From an uncultured Desulfobacteraceae bacterium (lineage in GTDB: Bacteria; Desulfobacterota; Desulfobacteria; Desulfobacterales; JALSRD01), in contig CAYUAQ010000004.1 of assembly GCA_964442705.1 (NCBI GenBank), positions 4,512-68,511 on the forward strand: a stretch of 64,000 bases of DNA, written 5' to 3'. The stretch's first letter is position 1; each line of letters starts with the position of its first letter. A model generated the notes under the pieces. The model saw only the letters and a program-made list of their open reading frames with translations, had not been told where the DNA came from and did not search any database. Both the position numbers and the translations under genes were made by a program. Shown here piece after piece: positions 55,826 to 63,168 of the stretch.

Positions 55826-56422
55826 ATGAACAGAAATCAGTGCTTTATCATTCCAGGAGTTTTTGTTGCGCTTGTTTTCTGCCTGGGTGCCTGCAGCACC
55901 ACAACACATGGACGGCAGAGCAGTGCTGTCCCCCCCGATTCGGCGGCCTATGGAGGGCAGGGACCCGGACAGGGAAGCGGCGTTGTGGTGCTGGACCCAG
56001 ACAACCGTGCTCACCTGCAGACCGAGCTCACCATGGGGGATTATCTGGCATTTGCCGAGAAGGTGACCAACAAGATGCTCATATCCCCGGTGGTCCAGAG
56101 CTGGGGAGACAAGCGACCCCGGCTCATCGTCGGCCGGCTCGTCAACAACACGGATAATGAAAACATCCGAATGGCAGACATCCAAGACCGGATTCAGGAG
56201 ACCATCTTCAATTCCGGCCTTGTCCGCGTGGTGGACAAGTCGGCAACCCGCTTCGACTATATTGTGAAAACGGAGTTGACCTCCACACGCCAGTACGGGG
56301 AAGACGGCCAGGAACTGGCCTATTTTACCATACAGTTGAAACTGTTTAAGCTCGATGGGGAACTGATGGGCCAGTGGTCGGATGTGCTGCCCCTGGGGAA
56401 GTCGAAAAGAAGATTGTTTTGA
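55826..56422 (+). CDS. LpoB-like (COG3417) lipoprotein, penicillin-binding-protein-activator family
   Basis: RBS AAAGGAGAG. Lipobox CLGAC. A disordered linker is followed by ...KVTNKMLISP.....GDKRPRLIVGRLVNNTDNENI....IQDRIQETIFNSGLVRVVD......FDYIVKTELTS....YFTIQLKLFKLDGELMGQW, as in LpoB. Confidence 0.65.
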   Translation: MNRNQCFIIPGVFVALVFCLGACSTTTHGRQSSAVPPDSAAYGGQGPGQGSGVVVLDPDNRAHLQTELTMGDYLAFAEKVTNKMLISPVVQSWGDKRPRLIVGRLVNNTDNENIRMADIQDRIQETIFNSGLVRVVDKSATRFDYIVKTELTSTRQYGEDGQELAYFTIQLKLFKLDGELMGQWSDVLPLGKSKRRLF

Positions 56423-56603
56423 ATAAGACTTCCAATTAAAGATGGAATAATTACCATAAAAACAAGTTCGTTATTTTATCCTAGATACCTGCTTTTACTT
56501 CAAGGGTATACTATGGCTGTGAGAGAGCGCTTCTATAAAGCAGTTTGCTATACCTTTTCGAAACGGCACCGTTTATATCGAGATACAGAAGCCGGGCCGC
56601 CAG

Positions 56604-57056
56604 ATGATACGACTTGTGCAGGCGCAAAGTGAGAACTGGGCGATGTACAGGGATGTCCTGATCGATACGACAAGAAACCTGTCGCTTTTCGATGATTGGG
56701 CGCTCGATGATTACAGAGCCAGGGACGGTATTTTCGCCAACACATTCAACGAAACCGACAAGAACGGTGTTTACCTGGTTACAGCCGGGGTGAGAGGACA
56801 AAAGCAAAACGGACAACCCGTCGAAAGATCCGTGAAAGGGTCTTTCCAGGTGGGCTCTATTGAGCGGAATCCTGTGACGACAAGCCAGATACGCCAGTAC
56901 ATGGGATACGCAGAATCTCAAATGAATCAGACTCAGACCAGGAGGCATAAACCGGCCCCTCAACATGATACCGAATCCGGTCCGGCCCAAAAAATTGAGC
57001 AACTACAGGGGGGCAGCCCTTTAGACACGATCAACGAGCTTTTGAAAGAACAGTAA
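56604..57056 (+). CDS. Hypothetical protein (no recognisable family)
   Basis: The 150-aa ORF has unbiased, protein-like composition. There is no clear RBS and no signal peptide. The antisense ORF 56511-57002 looks less protein-like. Confidence 0.3.
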   Translation: MIRLVQAQSENWAMYRDVLIDTTRNLSLFDDWALDDYRARDGIFANTFNETDKNGVYLVTAGVRGQKQNGQPVERSVKGSFQVGSIERNPVTTSQIRQYMGYAESQMNQTQTRRHKPAPQHDTESGPAQKIEQLQGGSPLDTINELLKEQ

Positions 57057-57059
57057 GTA

Positions 57060-58163
57060 TCATCCCAAGCCGCCGCTATTCATGCCCCTCGGGAACGGCT
57101 GCAGATATTTCCGTTTTGCCGCCAGAATACGCCCTGCCGCTTCGATCCCCCTTTTCCTCATGACGACGGATTTTGTGAGCCGGTCTACCAGAACTTCGTA
57201 GGCCCTTGCGATGTCCGGGCCGCGGTGGCAGATGAGTGCCAGGTCGATGTCGGCTGCCAGTACGCGCTGCATGACGGTGTCGATGTCGTAGTACTTTTTG
57301 ATGGCGCCCATGTCCAGGTCGTCGGTCATCACCAGGCCGCTGTATCCCAGCTGACCGCGCAGGACACCGCGGGCGATCTTCTCCGACAGGCTGGCCGGCC
57401 AGTGGGGGTCCTTGTCACGGTACACGATGTGCGACAGCATGACCCCGCTGACCCCGCGGCGCACGGCGGCTTCGAAGGGCAGCAGGTCGCTGGCGGCCAG
57501 TTCCCGCCAGGATGTGTCCAGAACCGGCCGGTCCAGGTGCGAGTCCAGGGTGGTGCGCCCGATGCCCGGGAAGTGCTTGGCCACCGCCATGACGCCATGC
57601 TGCTGCAGGGTGTCGATGACGGCGGCGCCCATCTCGGCCACCCGGGCGGGGCCGCCTGCGAAGGCGCGCCGGTCCATGACGCTGTCGGCCGCGAAGGCCA
57701 CGTCCACCACCGGCGCCATGTTCATGTTGATGCCCAGGCCCGAGAGTTCGGTGGCCGTCACGCGGCCGAAGTGCTCGGCGTCGGTGACGTCGCACATGGC
57801 GGCGTTGCCGTCGAAGACGGTGAACGGCTCCTTGAGGCGCGCCACCTGGCCGCCCTCCTGGTCGATGGCCACGAACAGCGGCGGCAGGCCGCAGGCCGCG
57901 GCCTGCTCCTGGGCCGCCCGGCACAGACGCGCGATCTGTTCGGGGGTGCCCAGGTTCTGCGAGAAGAGGATGATGCCGCCGATGTGCAGGTCGGCGATCA
58001 GGGCCCTGGTTTCGGCACCCAGTTCGGTGCCGTCGAAACCGATCATCAGCCGCTGTCCGGCCAGTTGTTCGATGGAGAGGTCTGCAGGCGTCACGGGTCT
58101 TTTTCCGGGTGCGCGCGAGGCGCGGGTCGAAGGATTGTCGTCGATGCCGCAGGGTAGTACCAA
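57060..58163 (-). CDS. nagZ: Beta-N-acetylhexosaminidase (GH3, peptidoglycan recycling)
   Basis: GH3 NagZ signatures: GGIILF, IDQEGG.V.R, KHFPGIG, D.H, and SHIVY......PA. It carries a ~30-aa N-terminal extension. Confidence 0.85.
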   Translation of the reverse strand: MVLPCGIDDNPSTRASRAPGKRPVTPADLSIEQLAGQRLMIGFDGTELGAETRALIADLHIGGIILFSQNLGTPEQIARLCRAAQEQAAACGLPPLFVAIDQEGGQVARLKEPFTVFDGNAAMCDVTDAEHFGRVTATELSGLGINMNMAPVVDVAFAADSVMDRRAFAGGPARVAEMGAAVIDTLQQHGVMAVAKHFPGIGRTTLDSHLDRPVLDTSWRELAASDLLPFEAAVRRGVSGVMLSHIVYRDKDPHWPASLSEKIARGVLRGQLGYSGLVMTDDLDMGAIKKYYDIDTVMQRVLAADIDLALICHRGPDIARAYEVLVDRLTKSVVMRKRGIEAAGRILAAKRKYLQPFPRGMNSGGLG

Positions 58164-58272
58164 ACCGCTTTGCGATCAAGCCATTATTTTACAAGTTGTG
58201 CGGGCTTGCAAACCCCCCGCCGGCCGGCTATAAATGACGAGAACGGCACTTTTCCGCAAAGGGAGGGAATCC

Positions 58273-59826
58273 ATGAGCCGACTTTCTATCCTGTGCATCT
58301 GTCTCGCCGTGTTGGCAGGGGGAGCTGGTCGCGCCGGAGCGGCGCCGCCGCTGAGCGACGCCACCCAGGAATGCCTGGACTGCCATGCTTCCATCACCCC
58401 CGGTATCGTGGCCGACTGGCAGTCCGGCCGCCATGCCGCCATGACGGTCAAACGGTCCCTGGCCGCCGAGAGGGCAGGCCGCCGCATCACCGGCGCCGCT
58501 GTTCCGGAAAACCTGCAGGGCGTGGCCGTGGGCTGCGCCGAGTGCCACACCCTGCGCCCGGACAAGCATACCGACACCTTCGAGCACAACGGCTACCGGG
58601 TGCACGTGGTCGTCAGTCCCAAGGACTGTGCTGTCTGCCACACCGAAGAAGCGGCGCAGTATGCCGACAACCTCATGTCGCGGGCCTACGGGAACCTGAA
58701 GGACAATCCCCTCTATGCCGAGCTGCAGGTGTCCATCATCGGAAAGACCGGCCAGAAGGACGGAAAGATCACCTTTGCGCCGGCCGACGAAAAGTCCCGG
58801 GCCGTGGGCTGCTACTACTGCCACGGCACCCGCCTGGCGTTCAAGGGCCTCGCGACCCGCGAAACCGACGTGGGCGAACTGGAATTCCCCGTGATCGACG
58901 GCTGGCCCAGCCAGGGCGTGGGGCGCGTCAACCTGGACGGCAGCCTGGGGGCCTGCACCGCCTGTCACGGCCGCCACAGCTTTTCCATCGAGGTGGCCCG
59001 CAAGCCCGGGACCTGCAAGCAGTGCCACGTGGGGCCCGACGTACCGGCCTACCGGGTGTACGCTGCCAGCAAGCACGCCGGCATCTATACGTCCCTGGGA
59101 GCCCATTGGAATTTCCAGGCGGTGCCCTGGACCGTGGGCAGGGACTTCACGGCGCCCACCTGCGCCGTCTGCCACGCCAGCCGGCTGGTCAACGGTGACG
59201 GCGAAGTGCTGGCCGAACGCACCCACCGCATGAACGACCGCCTGCCCATACGGCTCTACGGACTGATCTACACCCACGCGCACCCCAAATCGGCGGACAC
59301 CAGCATCATCCGCAATGCCGACGGCCTACCCCTGCCCACCACCTTGGACGGCCGTGCGGCGAGCTCTTTCCTCATCGATGCAGAGGAGCAGGGGCGGCGG
59401 CTGAAAAACATGCAGGCCGTCTGCCGGGGCTGCCACAGCACCTCCTGGGTCCGGGGGCACTGGGCCCGACTGAATCACACCGTCGCGGTCACCGACGGCG
59501 CCGTGAAACAGGCCACCAGCATCATGCAGCGCATCTGGCAGGCCGGTTATGCCCGGGGACCGGCGGCCGGCGGCAACCCCTTCGACGAGAACATCGAGAG
59601 GACCTGGACCGAACTGTGGCTGTTCTACGCCAACTCCACGCGTTTTGCCGCCGCCATGGCCGGGGGCGGCGACTACGGCGTGTTCGCCGAAGGCCGCTTC
59701 AACCTGTCCCAGAACATGGTGGAGCTGGCCGAGTGGCTCCAGCAGCAGGACAAATCGGCCGAAATGGAAAGGATCTCGCGTGAACCGCAAAGAAGCACCG
59801 CTGCCGTGGCACCGGCTGGGCAATGA
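58273..59826 (+). CDS. HAO-family octahaem c-type cytochrome (hydroxylamine oxidoreductase-like)
   Basis: RBS GGGAGGGA. Signal peptide ...LAGGAGRAGAAPP. Eight CxxCH motifs: CLDCH, CAECH, CAVCH, CYYCH, CTACH, CKQCH, CAVCH, CRGCH. The CTACHGRHSFS..ARKPGTCKQCHVGPD..Y..Y..SKH block resembles the HAO core. Confidence 0.8.
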   Translation: MSRLSILCICLAVLAGGAGRAGAAPPLSDATQECLDCHASITPGIVADWQSGRHAAMTVKRSLAAERAGRRITGAAVPENLQGVAVGCAECHTLRPDKHTDTFEHNGYRVHVVVSPKDCAVCHTEEAAQYADNLMSRAYGNLKDNPLYAELQVSIIGKTGQKDGKITFAPADEKSRAVGCYYCHGTRLAFKGLATRETDVGELEFPVIDGWPSQGVGRVNLDGSLGACTACHGRHSFSIEVARKPGTCKQCHVGPDVPAYRVYAASKHAGIYTSLGAHWNFQAVPWTVGRDFTAPTCAVCHASRLVNGDGEVLAERTHRMNDRLPIRLYGLIYTHAHPKSADTSIIRNADGLPLPTTLDGRAASSFLIDAEEQGRRLKNMQAVCRGCHSTSWVRGHWARLNHTVAVTDGAVKQATSIMQRIWQAGYARGPAAGGNPFDENIERTWTELWLFYANSTRFAAAMAGGGDYGVFAEGRFNLSQNMVELAEWLQQQDKSAEMERISREPQRSTAAVAPAGQ

Positions 59827-60406
59827 GCGCCTGGCGGCGCAGATCGACTTCATCGTGCGCATCGACCGGCTTAAGAGCGTCGCCCGCCAGACCCTGCTGA
59901 CGGACCGCTCGCGGCGGGAGAATTCGGCCGAGCACTCCTGGCACCTGGCGCTCATGGCCATGCTGCTGGCGGAATACGCGCGGGAGCGGGTAGATGCCGG
60001 GCGCGTCATGAAGATGGTGCTGGTGCACGATCTGGTGGAAGTCGAGGCCGGGGACACTTTCTGCTACGACGAAGGCGCCAAAGAGGGGCAGCACGCACGC
60101 GAGCTGGCTGCCGCCAAGCGCGTCTTCTCGCTGCTGCCGGAAGACCAGGCCGCCGAGCTGCGGGCCCTGTGGGACGAGTTCGAGGCGCGCCGGACACCCG
60201 AGGCCCGGTTCGCGGCCGCCCTGGACCGGCTGCAGCCCCTGTTTAACAACTACCTCACCCGCGGCGGCACCTGGCAGGAACACGACGTGGCGCGCCGCCA
60301 GGTGCGCCGTCGCACCGCTCCCATCGCCGACGGTTCGCCCCAGCTGGGCGAGGTGGCCGCGGCCATCATCGCCGCGGCTGTCGACAAGGGCTATCTCAAG
60401 GCCTGA
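59780..60406 (+). CDS. HD-domain phosphohydrolase (YfbR-like 5'-nucleotidase family)
   Basis: ENSAEHSWHLALMA...VLVHDLVEVEAGD (H...HD...D metal ligands). GTG 59780 is the first plausible start and overlaps the cytochrome gene by 47 nt. Confidence 0.65.
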   Translation: MNRKEAPLPWHRLGNERLAAQIDFIVRIDRLKSVARQTLLTDRSRRENSAEHSWHLALMAMLLAEYARERVDAGRVMKMVLVHDLVEVEAGDTFCYDEGAKEGQHARELAAAKRVFSLLPEDQAAELRALWDEFEARRTPEARFAAALDRLQPLFNNYLTRGGTWQEHDVARRQVRRRTAPIADGSPQLGEVAAAIIAAAVDKGYLKA

Positions 60407-60424
60407 TGCACAGGGCCGCCCCCC

Positions 60425-62791
60425 TCAGGGCAGCAGCCGCGAGGATTGGTTGTTGTTTTCGTCTGTTTCGGCGACGGCGTTCTCGGTGTCCACTTCCAGG
60501 ATCAGGTACTGGCCCGCGGGGTCGTGGTCGACCTTGGCCTTGAATCCTGCCGTGACCGTTTTGCCCCCCGTGACCTTTTTGATGTTTTTCGGTTTTTTCA
60601 GCAGGGGCGTGTCCCCGGGGTCCAGCACATCGTCCGCCGAAAGGTAAACCTGCACCCGGAACGTACCCGTGGGCACGTCCGATGTGATGCCGTATTTGCC
60701 CTTGAGCGTGTAGCGGCCCTTTTTGGGCCCCTTGACCGTGGCCTGCAGCCATTGGCCGGTGAGATCCACGCCCTGGATCTGCCGGGTGGCGGTGTTGTTG
60801 GTCTCGTCGGTTTCGGCCACCAAGTCGTCCATGTCCACCACGGCACTGATCATGCTGGCGGCGTCGGTCACCAGGTCCACGGCCTTGGCCTTGAACCCGA
60901 CGGTAGTGCGCTGGGAAGGTTTGAGGGCCTTGACCTTGCGGCCTTTTTCCAGGATCATGGGCCCGCCCGCCGGATAGGTGATGCCCAGGCTGCATCTTTC
61001 GGATGTGCGGTTGCCAGTATTGGTGACCGCGACCTTTCCCTTGAGGCTGTGGCGGCCGTTTTTGTCCGGGCCCGCGATGTCCAGCCGGCTCCAGGCCACG
61101 TTCAGCTCGGGACCGATGACGATGGGCGCCAGTTTGCCGGGCGAACCGGTGCGCCGGTAGGAGCCGCGGCCGGTTCCCCACAGGATGCGGGCGTCGGCGG
61201 TTCCCGGCAGGTCGTAGGCCGCAAAACCCGCATGGGCGGTGTTGACCACGATCTCCAGATCGGGGTCGTCGTCGATGTCCGCCAGGGTGGGGGCGGGCAG
61301 GGCGCCGTTCCAGCCGAGGCTGCCGTAGGCCGGCGGCAGGTCGACGGAGTGCAGGACCTTGCCCTGGTAGCTGAGGATGTAGAGTTTTCCCGTACCGTTC
61401 GAGCCCTTCTGCACCCAGGTGGTGAAGATAACCTCGGCGTAGCCGTCGATATCCAGGTCCGCAACGGCCGGTTCCGAGGCGAAGCGGGTGACCTTGTCGC
61501 CGGATTTGGTGACGGCAAAGGGCCAGCTGTGGTGCTCGCTCTTGTCCAGCCAGAAGGCGTGCAGGCGACCGTCGTAGGAAGGGTACAGGATTTCCAGGCG
61601 GCCGTCGCCGTCCAGGTCGGCGGTCACCGTGTTGGGCTGGCAGCTTTCGATGATGTTGTAGTTCTGGATGAGGGGCTCCCCGGTGTTCTGCGGGACCGTG
61701 CGCCAGTCGAATCCGTCACGGTCGAACCGGCTGCGGTCGGCGTTGAAGATGTAAGGGCCGTTGAAGTGGTCGGTGTAGGGATCGGTGTGGCAGTCGTGCA
61801 CGTCGCCCACCACGACGACTTCGTTGACGCCGTCGCCGTCCACGTCCGCCACGTTGGCGGGGCCGTTGGCGAAATTGGCCCGCAAGGTATACTGGTCGTA
61901 GCAGGGACCCCAGCCGCGGGTTTCGTACGCGAGATCGACATAGGCCGGCACCTCGCCCCAGTGATCCATGTCGTGGCCGGCGTGGCCGTGGTACATGCTG
62001 TTGGTGCCCAGCTGCTGTCCGTCCGCCCGGTAGGCGCAGACGGTGATGGTGTCCGAAGGCACGATCACCTCGGGTAGCCCGTCGCCGTCCAGATCCCCGA
62101 TGCCGATGTTGTCGTTGTACAGGCCGGCGGCCGAGCCCTCGCCGCCTGCCAACCGCGGCCATCCCCGGCGCACCTTGCCGGTGTGCTCCAGCACCCACAC
62201 GTTGTTCTTGTTGAGCTGGGCGCGGCCCACGATGATTTCAAGGTCGCCGTTGCCGTCCAGGTCGGCCACGGCGAGGCTGCGGAATTCCCGGCCGCTGGGG
62301 TTTTTCCAGGGCCAGCCGCCGTTGTCGAAATATCCGTCGGTATTGTAAACCGACACCCATCCGCCACCGTGGGCGGTGACGATCTCCAGCTCTCCGTCGT
62401 TGTCCACGTCGGCCACCACAATACCGGGCCAGGTGCGGCCCACGTTGCTCGATCCGTCGGAGTCGTTTCGGTCGTGGCCGGCCTTGACACGCCACAGCAG
62501 GTCACCGGTGGCACCATCGAGCGCCACGATGGAATAGGCCGAGGCGATCACTTCGGGCCGGCCGTCACCGTCCAGGTCCGCCACCGCCGGCGAGGAGTAC
62601 CATCCGGTTTCGCACCACGAGCTGTAGCAGCCGGCGTTCTGCCACTTGAGCTGCGGTGCGGGAATGTCGCCGGCCAGGGCGGGCGACACGCCTGCCGGCA
62701 GCAGACAGGACGCCAAATGGGCGGGTGAGCACAAAAAACCACCCGAAAAAAGGATCCAGCACAGTCGCAAAGCCAGCCGTCGGTACTTCAT
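60425..62791 (-). CDS. Secreted FG-GAP/VCBS-repeat beta-propeller protein with two C-terminal CARDB-like domains
   Basis: RBS GGGGGAGG. Signal peptide. At least 7 repeats of [VA]ADLDGDG..E[VI] spaced ~60 aa apart. C-terminal VTNTGN...ETDETNNT and ...ETDENNNQ CARDB signatures. Confidence 0.75.
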   Translation of the reverse strand: MKYRRLALRLCWILFSGGFLCSPAHLASCLLPAGVSPALAGDIPAPQLKWQNAGCYSSWCETGWYSSPAVADLDGDGRPEVIASAYSIVALDGATGDLLWRVKAGHDRNDSDGSSNVGRTWPGIVVADVDNDGELEIVTAHGGGWVSVYNTDGYFDNGGWPWKNPSGREFRSLAVADLDGNGDLEIIVGRAQLNKNNVWVLEHTGKVRRGWPRLAGGEGSAAGLYNDNIGIGDLDGDGLPEVIVPSDTITVCAYRADGQQLGTNSMYHGHAGHDMDHWGEVPAYVDLAYETRGWGPCYDQYTLRANFANGPANVADVDGDGVNEVVVVGDVHDCHTDPYTDHFNGPYIFNADRSRFDRDGFDWRTVPQNTGEPLIQNYNIIESCQPNTVTADLDGDGRLEILYPSYDGRLHAFWLDKSEHHSWPFAVTKSGDKVTRFASEPAVADLDIDGYAEVIFTTWVQKGSNGTGKLYILSYQGKVLHSVDLPPAYGSLGWNGALPAPTLADIDDDPDLEIVVNTAHAGFAAYDLPGTADARILWGTGRGSYRRTGSPGKLAPIVIGPELNVAWSRLDIAGPDKNGRHSLKGKVAVTNTGNRTSERCSLGITYPAGGPMILEKGRKVKALKPSQRTTVGFKAKAVDLVTDAASMISAVVDMDDLVAETDETNNTATRQIQGVDLTGQWLQATVKGPKKGRYTLKGKYGITSDVPTGTFRVQVYLSADDVLDPGDTPLLKKPKNIKKVTGGKTVTAGFKAKVDHDPAGQYLILEVDTENAVAETDENNNQSSRLLP

Positions 62792-62998
62792 GGAGACACC
62801 TCCCCCGGTTTCATGGGTGCAGCATGTTTTTTGGCATGTTCTCAAACCGTTTGAAATGCTTGACGCCGGACGACCGGATGGCTTTTCACCCCGGATGTAC
62901 GCTGTCGCTCCACCGAAACACGATCGGCGCTCCCTGGGCAATCCGTTGCCGGAGATTATTGAGAAGATACCGTTTTTTCACGCAACCACCGGTATTCA

Positions 62999-63015
62999 TG
63001 CAAGAATCGTTCCGG
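62999..63015 (-). promoter_or_regulatory. Candidate sigma-54 (-24/-12) promoter upstream of the FG-GAP gene
   Basis: The minus strand reads CCGGAACGATTCTTGCA. GGAACG-N4-TTGCA has consensus spacing, about 210 nt upstream of ATG 62791. Confidence 0.3.
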
Positions 63016-63168
63016 TGATACGGTTGCGGGAAGAGACGGTGGCCGATGCGGCGTGGGCGGGAGCCTGGCGCGCACGGGTCGCAACGGGCTTCCCGTAAAC
63101 AGGAGGGCCCAAGTGCAATTCTGGTAGGTGGACGGAAGCTTTCGAACCTGACGGCGGACGGTATGCGG

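Noticed and set aside
56511-57002. 163-aa minus-strand ORF between the LpoB-like gene and nagZ.
   Set aside because: It overlaps the plus-strand ORF 56604-57056 almost completely, and that ORF has a more protein-like composition. Neither has homology I can recognise, so only the plus-strand ORF is listed, at low confidence.
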